A stretch of DNA of 35,865 bases from a virus. Lineage: Duplodnaviria; Caudoviricetes. Under the pieces are notes generated by a model. That model was not told where the DNA came from. It saw only the letters and a list, made by a program, of their open reading frames with translations, and ran no database searches. This document shows positions 9,799 through 18,675 of the stretch, piece by piece. The stretch lies in IMG/VR virus record IMGVR_UViG_3300048858_000109, positions 1 through 35,865 of that record. The stretch is one strand, 5' to 3'. The position numbers and the translations under genes were made by a program. Each line of letters begins with the position of its first letter. Position 1 is the stretch's first letter.

Positions 9799-10185
9799 TT
9801 AATGAGTGGTGATGATGCGAACGGTGACGGAACCTTGATACGTGACGCCGTCTGCGTCGCGTTGAGTGCCTGCGTCAATGACGCGTACCGAGACCGCCCG
9901 GCCGACCGACAAGGGTAGCGGTCGTTCGTCAAGCGCAGCGGATATCTCGCCGACCAGGCGCTTTGCCTCAGCCTGCCCGTGGGCATCCGACCAAACGCTG
10001 AAGTAGATCAACCGTGTTTCGCGCCGACGTCCAGAGATCGGCCGGGCATTGCTGGCCACCTCCCGGTCGATCGACACATACGGCATGGGCGTATCCAGAG
10101 GCGCGCCGTCGTACACCGGTGCCGACACCTCCGCAGTCAGCCGGGCGTACAGCGCCTCCTGAAGGGCAACAGAAGGATCAGGCAT
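9799..10185 (-). CDS. Tail terminator / completion protein (DUF3168-like)
   Basis: ALQEALYARL...VYDGAP...PYVSI pattern; position before the tube gene. Confidence 0.8.
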   Translation of the reverse strand: MPDPSVALQEALYARLTAEVSAPVYDGAPLDTPMPYVSIDREVASNARPISGRRRETRLIYFSVWSDAHGQAEAKRLVGEISAALDERPLPLSVGRAVSVRVIDAGTQRDADGVTYQGSVTVRIITTH

Positions 10186-10669
10186 TTTCAGCAGCCTTCT
10201 TTAGGGTCTGCCCGACGGCAGCGTGAATGTTGGCGAGCACGACTTCCCGATTGACCTGATACGCTGGTCGCAACCAAGGGTGAGCCGGGCGCGCCGGAAT
10301 ATCGGGATGCTTGCCGAACCAGTGCGAGCCGTCGGTTTTCACTTCGTCCCGCCGGTTGCGGCTGTCCGAGCGTTTGCCGCCGGTGTAGCCCTTCGTGCCG
10401 TACTCGATGAACCGCAGGTAGTAGAACTTGCGGTTGTTCCTCTTACCGCGGAGACCGATCTCGGCGTTGAGGCCGTCTTTGGACACATAGGCCTGCAGGG
10501 CCGCAGCTGATGCACCAGTGTCCTTGGGCACCAGGTCGCGCATGGACTCCAGGATCTGCTTGGATGACTCCTCCATTGCGGGACGCAGCTCGTTGTCCAT
10601 GGTCTGGTGGATTCGGCGCAAGGTCTTGCGCAGTTTGAAGTCACCGCTGAGACGCGAGCGCCGAGCCAT
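10178..10669 (-). CDS. HK97 gp10-like neck/tail-completion protein
   Basis: VPKDTG, YLRFIEYGT and ARPAHPWLRPA motifs. Confidence 0.85.
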   Translation of the reverse strand: MARRSRLSGDFKLRKTLRRIHQTMDNELRPAMEESSKQILESMRDLVPKDTGASAAALQAYVSKDGLNAEIGLRGKRNNRKFYYLRFIEYGTKGYTGGKRSDSRNRRDEVKTDGSHWFGKHPDIPARPAHPWLRPAYQVNREVVLANIHAAVGQTLKKAAENA

Positions 10670-10672
10670 GAC

Positions 10673-10843
10673 CTATTCCTTGCCGGCGGGCTTTTCCGCT
10701 TTCTTGGCCGGAGACTCTTCCACCGGCTCAACCAGGTCACGCGCCAGAAGGCTCTCGACCGTCTTGGCGTCCACGGTGAACTCATCGCCCGGCGCCCGTT
10801 CGCCAACGGCGCCGGAGATATGAGCTTTCGATCTGACTTTCAT
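10673..10843 (-). CDS. Small hypothetical virion/assembly protein (56 aa)
   Basis: Below the ORF-track cutoff. MKVRSKAHISGAVGERAPGDEFTVDAKTVESLLARDLVEPVEESPAKKAEKPAGKE, with SD AGGAG; fills the gap in the operon exactly. Confidence 0.75.
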   Translation of the reverse strand: MKVRSKAHISGAVGERAPGDEFTVDAKTVESLLARDLVEPVEESPAKKAEKPAGKE

Positions 10844-10852
10844 GGATGACTC

Positions 10853-11185
10853 CTATGGATTGGTCACGCTCGAACACAGCAGGCGAAGTAGATCGCCCTC
10901 GTTGTTGAGCAGTGGCGTGTCAATGAGGTAGGTGGTGGTGATGCCCTTCGCGGTGTGCGTCAGGCGGTTGCCCGCTACGGCATCAGGCCGTGGCCGGATG
11001 CGAATCTCGGCGCTCACTACCACCTGAAGCTGCTCGGCGACCGGTGCGGTTCGGCCTGTTGGCAGCGCGATCTCTGCCCACAGCTTCCCAATCTCCGCCC
11101 ACGTGGTATCGAAACCGCCGGTCTTGTTCTTGACCAGCACCGGTTTGAGCATCGTGCACCGGTGCCGCAATGGGCCAGCTCTCAT
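10853..11185 (-). CDS. Head closure / head-tail adaptor (SPP1 gp16-like)
   Basis: MRAGPLRHR N-terminus, WAEI, IRIR motifs; synteny. Confidence 0.85.
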   Translation of the reverse strand: MRAGPLRHRCTMLKPVLVKNKTGGFDTTWAEIGKLWAEIALPTGRTAPVAEQLQVVVSAEIRIRPRPDAVAGNRLTHTAKGITTTYLIDTPLLNNEGDLLRLLCSSVTNP

Positions 11186-11484
11186 CAGAATCGCTTCCTG
11201 TAGAGAAGTAGGCGGTCTACCGCCAACGGCACCGCCGTAGCGATGGTGCCGATGGCGACCGCTTCACGGTTGGCGTACCAGTGCCCCACCAGCAGCAGGA
11301 TGGCTTGTCCAACGTCGCGGGTCAGGCCCATCTCGTCAGGCTCGACCGGATCAGCCTCGACCAGCTTCCTGTCGCAGTGCTGCTCGACATGCGCCTTGGC
11401 GGCCTCAACGTAACCCGTGATGAGAGCGTCTTCCTCGTCGCCGTCTACGCGCAGGTGCAACTTCACGCTGGTCAGATCGATCAT
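11185..11484 (-). CDS. Head-tail connector (HK97 gp6-like)
   Basis: VKLHLRVD..EEDALI...AILLLVGHWYANRE motif. Confidence 0.9.
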   Translation of the reverse strand: MIDLTSVKLHLRVDGDEEDALITGYVEAAKAHVEQHCDRKLVEADPVEPDEMGLTRDVGQAILLLVGHWYANREAVAIGTIATAVPLAVDRLLLYRKRF

Positions 11485-11787
11485 TTAGTCATCGCCTGCG
11501 CCAGTTGTCGCAGGGGTCGCCGCGTCGACGGTGCCGTTACCATCCTTGTTTTCCGGCGCTGGGCCAGCGTCCTTGTTTTCAGCGGGAGTCCCCGGCTTCG
11601 TGCCCTTCGGCTTGGTGAGCTTCGACTTGCCATTGCCGTCGACTTCAACGGCCAGCCCCTTGCCTATCAGGGTATGGGCATACTCGTCGTCCGCTTCTTC
11701 GAACGCCGTCCCGGCCTTGACCTTGTTCGAGTCGCCGCCCAGCAGCAGGCCGTTGCCAACGAAGCCCCACAGAATCTTGATTTTCAT
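11485..11787 (-). CDS. Hypothetical protein downstream of the capsid gene
   Basis: SD AGGAGG; in operon; low-complexity tail with duplicated PAENKD/PENKD. Confidence 0.75.
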   Translation of the reverse strand: MKIKILWGFVGNGLLLGGDSNKVKAGTAFEEADDEYAHTLIGKGLAVEVDGNGKSKLTKPKGTKPGTPAENKDAGPAPENKDGNGTVDAATPATTGAGDD

Positions 11788-11805
11788 ACTGCCTCCTGAA
11801 AGCAG

Positions 11806-11828
11806 AAGGCCGGCGATGCGCCGGCCTT
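11806..11828 (-). terminator. Hairpin after the major capsid gene (weak terminator or stabiliser)
   Basis: Perfect 10-bp stem AAGGCCGGCG/CGCCGGCCTT with a 3-nt loop; poor U-tail. Confidence 0.5.
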
Positions 11829-11840
11829 TGTAGGAATGGA

Positions 11841-13040
11841 TCAGGCGGCTGTGAAGCGGCCTTTGACGAGCGCTTCTTTGCGGCGCACCCCGAGCCCCAA
11901 ACGCTCCTCAACCAGCAGCGCGCGCTCGTTGCGGATGAACTGATCGTTGATCAGGCCCATCTTGAACAGGAACGACATGCGGTCGAACAGCGTGGTGGAC
12001 CGTGCAAAGTTCGCAACCAGCAGCTCGCCGCCAGCGTCTGCGTCGCCTTCATCCATGCTGTCGGAGGTGATCACCGGCCGGCCCCACAGAATTGGGGTGA
12101 CCAGGCCCTGCAAGTTCGCGAACAGGTAGCGGTTCTCGCCATCCTTCTGCAGTTCGATGTTCATCCAGTCCAGCTCGGTCATCACCACGCCATCAGCGGA
12201 CATCAGCGACTGCTTGCGAACCTGGTAGATCGCGCGACGCACCAGATCAATCGCGGTATCGCCCGCTTTGCTCAGGGTGGTGTCGTAGCTGGTGGCCTGG
12301 GTCATCAGGCCATTCAGGTTTTCCCCCGTACCGTCGCCTTTGAGGATCTGCGCTTCTTCTTCAAGCTTCAGGTCATAGCGCAGCAACTGCTGCAGGTAAG
12401 CCAGCATCTGCGGCACGTCGTCCAGAGCTTCGTCGGTCACGGGCATCCATACCGCGATTTTCTTCACGCGGTCGGTTTCAGTGGTGAACGTAACGTTGCT
12501 GGTCGGCTTCAAACCGCCTTCCGCCACCGGTGCGGCGCCGCGGGTGTGCAGGTTCTCGCGGAAGTAGGTGTACTGCTGACCCGCGACCGGTACAGCGGTC
12601 AGCAGGTCACGGATCCGCAGCTCCTGGCGAATGCCGGGCTGAATGACTGGATCGTAGGATGGAGCGACGATGCCGGCGCTGGTGACCTTCATTTCCTTCA
12701 TGCTCGCCATGTCGGACTTGGTCACTTCCAACTGCGCCAGCGAGCCGCTCTTCTGGCTCAAGGCCTTGTAGCTGTCGTCACCTTTGATCATGTCGATAAA
12801 GCTTTTACCCTCACCGGGCTGGCCGCGCAGCTTGACGCCTTTCTGCTCCAGGTCCTGCACCTGATCGATGACGCGCTGCAGCTCGCCCTTCTGGTTGTCG
12901 ATCTGGGATTTCAGGTCAGTGGTGACCTGGTTGCCTTTCTCAACTTCAGCGATGGCCGCGTCGTATTTTTTTTGCAGACCGTCAAAGCCGCTCTTCAGCT
13001 GCAGTTCCAGCGAGTCTTTCAGTTCTTTTACTTCGCTCAT
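11841..13040 (-). CDS. Major capsid protein, HK97 fold
   Basis: Coiled-coil delta domain, VAEGGLKP, EEEAQILKGDGTGENLNG, LWGRPV, EERLGLGV motifs. Confidence 0.95.
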   Translation of the reverse strand: MSEVKELKDSLELQLKSGFDGLQKKYDAAIAEVEKGNQVTTDLKSQIDNQKGELQRVIDQVQDLEQKGVKLRGQPGEGKSFIDMIKGDDSYKALSQKSGSLAQLEVTKSDMASMKEMKVTSAGIVAPSYDPVIQPGIRQELRIRDLLTAVPVAGQQYTYFRENLHTRGAAPVAEGGLKPTSNVTFTTETDRVKKIAVWMPVTDEALDDVPQMLAYLQQLLRYDLKLEEEAQILKGDGTGENLNGLMTQATSYDTTLSKAGDTAIDLVRRAIYQVRKQSLMSADGVVMTELDWMNIELQKDGENRYLFANLQGLVTPILWGRPVITSDSMDEGDADAGGELLVANFARSTTLFDRMSFLFKMGLINDQFIRNERALLVEERLGLGVRRKEALVKGRFTAA

Positions 13041-13678
13041 GGCGATACTCCGAAATGGGTAGTGAACAAGGTGGATATGTCTTTCAGCTCATCCACGATC
13101 GCCGTGGCCTCGCTGCCGCCGTCACGGCGTAGCGCGGGGTAGCCGAGCGAAGCGACTGCTGCCGCTTCCTTCTGTGAAAGCCCCATGCGTTCACGCAGGG
13201 CGTTCTCGAAAAGTCGAATGTCGGATTTGACAGTGAGGACCTGAGCCTCAGGGTTCATCCCGAACGGTACGAACGAGGCTTCCCAGAGTTCGGCCTCTTT
13301 GATCAGCCGGACGCGACGCCCGGCGCGTTCCTCAAAGTCGGCCTTGATGGTGTTGAAGCCGATGGACATGCTGTCGAGGATGTCGGCCTTCATCAGCTCA
13401 TAGGCATCACGGGCATAGCTGACGCCCAGGTTGACCTTGCCTTTGAGCAGCAGACCGTGGTCGTCCTGCGTGTAATCGGCCGTACCGACCAGCCGGGTCA
13501 GGTCGTGGTACAGCGCCAGCTTCAGTTTCCCGGCGCGCGTCGCCTTCACCCGGGTGAACGCGCCCGGCAGGATCACGTCGTCGCCCAGGTCGACGTTGTT
13601 GAACACAGCGGCATAAGCCTCGAAGTTGCCAGCTTCGTCGACTTCCTTCAGCTCAAACGGGACTTCAAGCTTGGACAT
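13037..13678 (-). CDS. Prohead maturation protease (HK97 family)
   Basis: FEAYAAVFNNVD..DDVILPGAF, H (LYHD), SMSIGF and LWEASFVPFGMN motifs. Confidence 0.93.
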   Translation of the reverse strand: MSKLEVPFELKEVDEAGNFEAYAAVFNNVDLGDDVILPGAFTRVKATRAGKLKLALYHDLTRLVGTADYTQDDHGLLLKGKVNLGVSYARDAYELMKADILDSMSIGFNTIKADFEERAGRRVRLIKEAELWEASFVPFGMNPEAQVLTVKSDIRLFENALRERMGLSQKEAAAVASLGYPALRRDGGSEATAIVDELKDISTLFTTHFGVSP

Positions 13679-14879
13679 TGTTTTGCATCTCCCACCGGGT
13701 GATCCGGTTGTATTCGTCGCCGGCGAGCGGCGGCTGGTTTTCCTTTTCCCGAACTTCGTTGATGGTCATCCAGCCAGAGCCACCTGATCCGCCCAGCGCC
13801 GCCTGGTAGTACGATGCGCGCCCGGCGCTGTCGGCACGCAGCAGACCTTCCACGGTAAATTCGACGAAGCGGGATGAAGCGCGGAAGATCTTGTCGTTGA
13901 GCTCGTCTTCAACGGCATCGATGTAGGGCTTAAGTCCGAAGGTGATGAACCCAGTGAGCTGCTGCTCAAGGTTTGAACCCATGATCGAGGTCTTGCCAGC
14001 ACGGTTAGCTAGCCACAGCGGCACGCCGTAAATGCCCGCCAACGCTTCTTCCTGGAACTGCTGGGATTCGATGAACTGCGCGTCCTTCTGGCTCAAGCCG
14101 GCAGGAACAATCTTGGGGTTGCCCTGCAGCACGGCCATCTTGCCGATGTCGTCGGTGTCGGCCTTGCGCACATCGGGAAACCGCGCCATGACCTGCGATT
14201 CCTGCTGTCGCGTTAGGAAGTTTTCATAGATCACGTAGCCGCCGGTAAAGCCGCCCTTGCGCATAAAGCGAGACGACCATTGCTGCCCAGCCTTCGCCAG
14301 CCCCATGGTCTCCGCCTGGTACTCGATGGGCGATAGCCCTATGATCCCATCCAGGCTGAACAGCTTGAAATGCAGCATGTTCTCGGGCGACACCGGGAAT
14401 GGCTCGCTATCTTTTGGATGCACCCAATACAACAGGTCGTCGTCGGTATCGATCTTGACGGTGTCGCAAGTGAGCGGCACCAGCCCAATCGGGTCGCCGT
14501 TGCGGTTGCGCTCGATTAGGGCAAAGGCGTTGCCACGCAGCGCCATGTTCACCACCACGAACTTCAGGAAGTTCAGCAGCGTCATGTACGGGTTGGGTTT
14601 TCGCAGCAGCTTGAGCGCGCGGTCCGTGCCAGGCACTTGCTCCCGTCCGCTTTGCTTGTCGTCAAACAGTTTGAGCGGCAGACCACTCAGAGACTCAGAA
14701 AGAATCTTGACGCATGACCAGACCATACTGATGGACAGCGCCGTCTTGGTCGTGACCCGGATGCCGGCCTTCGTGCGCTTGCCACCAACTTCCATGTCCA
14801 CCTCGACATAGTCGCCGGTGGCGGGGTCGGTGTAACCGAAGAACCCCCAGGTGCGAGGGTTGTACCAACGAAATGCCAT
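13665..14879 (-). CDS. Portal protein (HK97 family)
   Basis: VWSCVKILSESLSGLPL, GNAFALI, GLSPI, YGVP, MTINEVREKEN motifs. Confidence 0.95.
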   Translation of the reverse strand: MAFRWYNPRTWGFFGYTDPATGDYVEVDMEVGGKRTKAGIRVTTKTALSISMVWSCVKILSESLSGLPLKLFDDKQSGREQVPGTDRALKLLRKPNPYMTLLNFLKFVVVNMALRGNAFALIERNRNGDPIGLVPLTCDTVKIDTDDDLLYWVHPKDSEPFPVSPENMLHFKLFSLDGIIGLSPIEYQAETMGLAKAGQQWSSRFMRKGGFTGGYVIYENFLTRQQESQVMARFPDVRKADTDDIGKMAVLQGNPKIVPAGLSQKDAQFIESQQFQEEALAGIYGVPLWLANRAGKTSIMGSNLEQQLTGFITFGLKPYIDAVEDELNDKIFRASSRFVEFTVEGLLRADSAGRASYYQAALGGSGGSGWMTINEVREKENQPPLAGDEYNRITRWEMQNNVQA

Positions 14880-14881
14880 GG

Positions 14882-16570
14882 TCAGCCTACTAGTCCGAAA
14901 AAGCCGTTATTGAGGTAGTCGTCGATGCCGCCCTTTGCCTCGGGGTTCAGGGCAATCAGAGACACGGCGTTGAACAGCGCCATCAGCGGGTCGATTTTTG
15001 CCGAGCCGCTGGCCTGTTTCGTGATGAGGATCGCGTTGCCTCGGGGCTCGACGCGAGCATTGCCGCAGCACCAGGCCATCAGCGGTTGACCGCCATGCAG
15101 CAGCCCGCCTTCCGCCAGCTTGCGTTCGGCGGTCTTGATCGCGCCGCCGAGGCGCCAGCCTTGAGAGATACCTTCGATCTTTTCTCGCGGGATGCCGGCA
15201 GCCTCCAGCGCATCGAGGATCGCGCCCACGCCAGCCGGGTCGAGACCTACCTTGTCCAGCAGCCCGGCCTCCTCGACCTGGGCTACCAGTGCCGACACGT
15301 CTTCAACGTCATCGCCGATCCGTGTCACCAGCGTTAGGTGTCCGTCTTTGGCGAAGTCTTTGAAGCGTGGGGCTTCGGCCTTGCGTCGCTCGAGCACCGA
15401 GGGATGTGCCCAGGCATGTGTCCAGAGCAGCCAGCGGCGACTGTCGCGCTCACGACCCAGCGCCGCGAAACCAAGCAAGTCATCGAGGCCACCGCCGTCG
15501 ATGCCGATATCGATCACCTCGCAGCGGTCGATCAGATCGTCCAGCGTGCGGCACATCTCGGACGCCTGCTGCTCCCAGAAGTCGGTACCGGCCCAGCGAT
15601 CAGACAGCAGCGCCAGGCCGATCTCGACGTTGAGGTGCTTCGCCAGAAAGCCCCGGAACGACTCTTCGCCGTCCAGTTGCGCTTGCGCGTAGCCGCGCTC
15701 GATGAAAGGTTCGTCAACCGAAAGGCCCAGATTGGGATTGGTGACGTACGCATTCGAAGCGTCGCGGTGCGCGCCGGCGTCCAGCATGTGTTTCGGAAAC
15801 TCGTAGAGCACCGGCAAGAACGACTTGTCGACGATCAGCCCGTCGCGCACCTGACGGGCATACAGCAGCTTTTGCCGGAACACACCGGCAGGCGGCGCGT
15901 CGGATTGGGTCGTGGCCCAGATGATGAAGCCTTCCGGTCGCGACGCCAGACCGCCCGTGGCCTCTCGAAGCATCGCTTCGGCGTTCGCCCGCTTGCCGAA
16001 TACCCAGAGCTCATCGATGAATACGCCGATGGCTTTCTTGCCCGACACCGTTTCGCTGTCGGCCGCCACGACCTTGAGCGTTGCACCTGTCTGCAGATGG
16101 GTGACGGTGCGCAGGTGGTCCTGCACTTTCAGCAGCGCGGACAGCTCTTCGTCTGCTCGCACCATGTCCCGGATCGGGATATAGGAGTTGTCCGCGATCT
16201 CCTTGGTCGGTGCCAGGATGATGAACTCACCCGAGGTACGCCAGTTCAGTACCAGCGCCGTCAGCATGATGCCGGCCGCGATGGTCGACTTGCCGTTCTT
16301 CTTGCTGATCAGCAGCATGAACTCGCTGATCATGCGGCGCCCGGTGTATGGGTCGTAAGCGCCAAAGATGGCGGCGACGAACTCGTTGACCCACGACCTG
16401 ACCGTCTCGCACATCAGAGGACTGCCGGTCGCGTCGACCATCCGCAGCGCACCGAACACTTCCAGCGCCTCTTGCGCCTGGTCCGGGAACAGCGGCGCGA
16501 AGGGAATCAGGGTCTGGCGAGCGACGATCCGGCTTTCCCAGTCGGGGCAGGCTGTCGTCCACTCCATCAT
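14882..16570 (-). CDS. Terminase large subunit
   Basis: Walker A ISKKNGKST, Walker B VFIDE, nuclease GIDGGGLDDL and KIDPLMA. Confidence 0.95.
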   Translation of the reverse strand: MMEWTTACPDWESRIVARQTLIPFAPLFPDQAQEALEVFGALRMVDATGSPLMCETVRSWVNEFVAAIFGAYDPYTGRRMISEFMLLISKKNGKSTIAAGIMLTALVLNWRTSGEFIILAPTKEIADNSYIPIRDMVRADEELSALLKVQDHLRTVTHLQTGATLKVVAADSETVSGKKAIGVFIDELWVFGKRANAEAMLREATGGLASRPEGFIIWATTQSDAPPAGVFRQKLLYARQVRDGLIVDKSFLPVLYEFPKHMLDAGAHRDASNAYVTNPNLGLSVDEPFIERGYAQAQLDGEESFRGFLAKHLNVEIGLALLSDRWAGTDFWEQQASEMCRTLDDLIDRCEVIDIGIDGGGLDDLLGFAALGRERDSRRWLLWTHAWAHPSVLERRKAEAPRFKDFAKDGHLTLVTRIGDDVEDVSALVAQVEEAGLLDKVGLDPAGVGAILDALEAAGIPREKIEGISQGWRLGGAIKTAERKLAEGGLLHGGQPLMAWCCGNARVEPRGNAILITKQASGSAKIDPLMALFNAVSLIALNPEAKGGIDDYLNNGFFGLVG

Positions 16571-17070
16571 TTCACCGACTGCAGAGGACCCTTACGGGTA
16601 CCGAACCGGCCAGCAGCGACCTGCGCTGCTTTCTCTTTCGCCTGTTCCTTCTTGCCGCCCTCGCCGCGACGCTGGTGAACGAACGGCATCAGCGCCTTGG
16701 CTGCGTCGACGCGCAGCTTGGGTTCGGTACCAAGGTCATTCATCACCGCCAGAAGGAAGTCCTTCGGGTCGCGATGACCAAGCGCCTGAGCCAAATCGAA
16801 GCCCGGCGACTCCGGCTCGACAGTCTCTTCGGCAGGCGCTTCAGGATCAGGGACGGCTTTAACAGCTTTAACAGCTTTAACACTTTTAACACCGCCGCCC
16901 AGCGCGTTGAGCTTATGCAGTTCGGCGATGACGTCAGGATCTTTGGCCAGACGTGAACCGGCTGCGGACGCCGTTTTCTCTGGGCATCCGGCTGCAATGG
17001 CTGCGTCTTTGTTGGACGCACCTCCCCTCACGGCCTCGATGAAGGCGCGCTTGCGGGGTGTTAAAGCCAT
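16567..17070 (-). CDS. Terminase small subunit
   Basis: MALTPRKRAF...AAIAAG..EKTASAAGSRL HTH; RVDAAKALMPFVH; directly upstream of terL. Confidence 0.9.
   Translation of the reverse strand: MALTPRKRAFIEAVRGGASNKDAAIAAGCPEKTASAAGSRLAKDPDVIAELHKLNALGGGVKSVKAVKAVKAVPDPEAPAEETVEPESPGFDLAQALGHRDPKDFLLAVMNDLGTEPKLRVDAAKALMPFVHQRRGEGGKKEQAKEKAAQVAAGRFGTRKGPLQSVK
16856..16891. repeat. Four tandem 9-bp repeats (GCTTTAACA) inside terS
   Basis: gctttaaca x3 plus cttttaaca, encoding VKSVKAVKAVKA; an inverted copy (TGTTAAAGC) lies at 17059-17067. Confidence 0.9.
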
Positions 17071-17074
17071 TAAC

Positions 17075-17203
17075 AAGAATCCTGTAGAGGGAAAAAAATC
17101 TGTGCGTGGGGTCGAGGGCGGTCTCGTAAACGGGCCGCCTCCATTTTTTTGGCCCCCCCTACCCTACGGGCCTGCAACCGCACCATTTCAGTGCATATAG
17201 GCG
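17075..17203. other. Probable cos (packaging) region
   Basis: Non-coding gap between HNH and terS with G/C and A/T homopolymer runs; the standard cos position in HK97-like phages. The cut site is not determinable by eye. Confidence 0.6.
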
Positions 17204-17536
17204 CTACTGGTCGTTCCGCGCTTCTTCACGCTGCTTGACCGCACTGTGGCAGGGTGCGCAGAGCGACTGCCAATTGGTGCGATCCCAGAACAGGGTCATG
17301 TCGCCTCGGTGCGGCATCTTATGGTCCACCACCTCGGCCGCAGTAACGCGGCCCTCACGCTGGCAGTACACGCAGAGCGGGTTCGCGTCCAGGTGGACGA
17401 GGCGTGCCTTGCGCCAGGCGTAGGTATAACCGCGCTGGCTGGCGGTCTCCTTGCCTGCTCGCCATGTACCAGATGATGCAGTGAGCCTGCTTGGCGCTGC
17501 CTTGAGTCGTGGCGGAAGAGTCGTCAGTCTCGACAT
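17204..17536 (-). CDS. HNH endonuclease, terminase-associated (HK97 gp74-like)
   Basis: RGYTYAW, PLCVYC, VVDH..PHRGD..LFWD..NWQSLC..CH motifs. Confidence 0.92.
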   Translation of the reverse strand: MSRLTTLPPRLKAAPSRLTASSGTWRAGKETASQRGYTYAWRKARLVHLDANPLCVYCQREGRVTAAEVVDHKMPHRGDMTLFWDRTNWQSLCAPCHSAVKQREEARNDQ

Positions 17537-17874
17537 CAGGGGGTCTTCCGCTCTACCGCTTCGGTAACCTTGTCGACTGCCTTGCTGGCAGTGTCGGCTG
17601 CCTGCGTCGCTGTAGCTGACGCCGCTTCTACCTTAGCCGCGGCATCGGTAGTCTTGGCTGCCAGGTTGCTCAGTCGTGCATCGCGCTGCTTGGTCGCCTC
17701 GTCGTAGCCGCGGCGCACCTCAGCGACTTGTTGTGTATACCAGCTAGCAAGCGACCACTGAGCAACCTGAAAGCCCATGACCGATCCGCCGAGGACCAGC
17801 AGAACCGCGATAACCCAGACCTCAACCCGACGCCACCAGCGCCGGGCAATGAATTGCATCGAGCATGTGTCCAT
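17536..17874 (-). CDS. Single-TM coiled-coil membrane protein (lysis-module position)
   Basis: RRWWRR followed by a hydrophobic helix and an Ala-rich coiled coil; coupled to both neighbours. Confidence 0.7.
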   Translation of the reverse strand: MDTCSMQFIARRWWRRVEVWVIAVLLVLGGSVMGFQVAQWSLASWYTQQVAEVRRGYDEATKQRDARLSNLAAKTTDAAAKVEAASATATQAADTASKAVDKVTEAVERKTP

Positions 17875-18245
17875 CAGTTAGCACCTCCAAGCCGTGAGCG
17901 CAATCGAGCGATCTCTTCGCTCTGGCTGGTTACCTTGTCCGTGAGCTGGGCGACATTGCCGGTGAGCGCTTCAATCTTCCCCTCCATCCTGCCGACGGCT
18001 GCGGCAAGTTCATTGCGCTCCTTGGCAAATTGGTCAGCACGGGCCTCGGCCTCTTTGCGGGCCTCGCGCTCGGAGTCGAGCAGTTCATTTAGGCGGCGGA
18101 CGGTGCCGATATCAGCATTGTCCATCGCTCGATCGGCGGCATCTTTGGAGAGGAACTTCCTCAGCCAGAGAAACGCGCCAAGCAACACGGTGCCCGTACC
18201 ACCCAGCCAAGTGGCTGTGCCTGGACCGAGGTCGGTAGGGTCCAT
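17874..18245 (-). CDS. Putative holin-like protein (one TM plus coiled coil)
   Basis: First late gene; TM WLGGTGTVLLGAFLWL then heptad repeats; SD GGAG before the ATG at 18245. The holin function is inferred from position only. Confidence 0.55.
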   Translation of the reverse strand: MDPTDLGPGTATWLGGTGTVLLGAFLWLRKFLSKDAADRAMDNADIGTVRRLNELLDSEREARKEAEARADQFAKERNELAAAVGRMEGKIEALTGNVAQLTDKVTSQSEEIARLRSRLGGAN

Positions 18246-18350
18246 TCGTAACTCCATTGTCGGTTATGCAAAGTGAGATCCGCGACGTGATATCGTCGTG
18301 ACTCCACTATTCACGCGGCAGGATCGTAGACGAGGAAGCAACAACGGAAT

Positions 18351-18566
18351 GTCCAAACCGACTCATTCGAAGTCAGGACTGCATCCGGGAAGTCATACGT
18401 GGTGAAGGAGTTCACTACCCAAATTCTTCAGCAGATGCTTGACGGCTCTAACACAGGCTGGATGAACGGATCGCGGCAATACCGAGTGTCCGGCGGGTTC
18501 GCTAACAAGATTGATGAGAACACTTTTGAAATCGTTGAAACCGGAGAGGAAGCGACCCGGGTTTAA
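18351..18566 (+). CDS. Small antisense moron ORF, start uncertain (GTG at 18399, or a damaged 5' end)
   Basis: Open frame VQTDSFEVRTASGKSYVVKEFTTQILQQMLDGSNTGWMNGSRQYRVSGGFANKIDENTFEIVETGEEATRV*, ending just before a terminator hairpin; not in the ORF track. Confidence 0.55.
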   Translation, partial: VQTDSFEVRTASGKSYVVKEFTTQILQQMLDGSNTGWMNGSRQYRVSGGFANKIDENTFEIVETGEEATRV

Positions 18567-18572
18567 CGATAG

Positions 18573-18607
18573 AAATAAAAAGCCCAGCTCGGTGGCTGGG
18601 CTCTTTA
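18573..18607. terminator. Late-promoter terminator (tR'-like), probably bidirectional
   Basis: Stem AGCCCAGC/GCTGGGCT; T-run TTTTATTT on the minus side and CTTTA on the plus side. Confidence 0.75.
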
Positions 18608-18645
18608 TGGCACTCCTAAACGCGCAGGAATGACAGGATGGGTAA

Positions 18646-18675
18646 ATGATGGCTCATTGGCTCATCCGTCGTCAA
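18646..18675 (-). promoter_or_regulatory. Putative late promoter pR' with tandem repeat (Q-binding element candidate)
   Basis: Minus strand TTGACG-N18-CATCAT immediately after the Q stop, with ATGAGCCA repeated twice at 18650-18665. Confidence 0.55.

Noticed and set aside
15338-16678. 446-aa plus-strand ORF
   Set aside because: Antisense shadow of the terminase large subunit in GC-rich DNA.
18243-18257. Holin/antiholin dual-start motif (Met-Glu-Leu-Arg-Met)
   Set aside because: The GGAG within the first codons is better explained as the SD for the second ATG; the first ATG has no SD.
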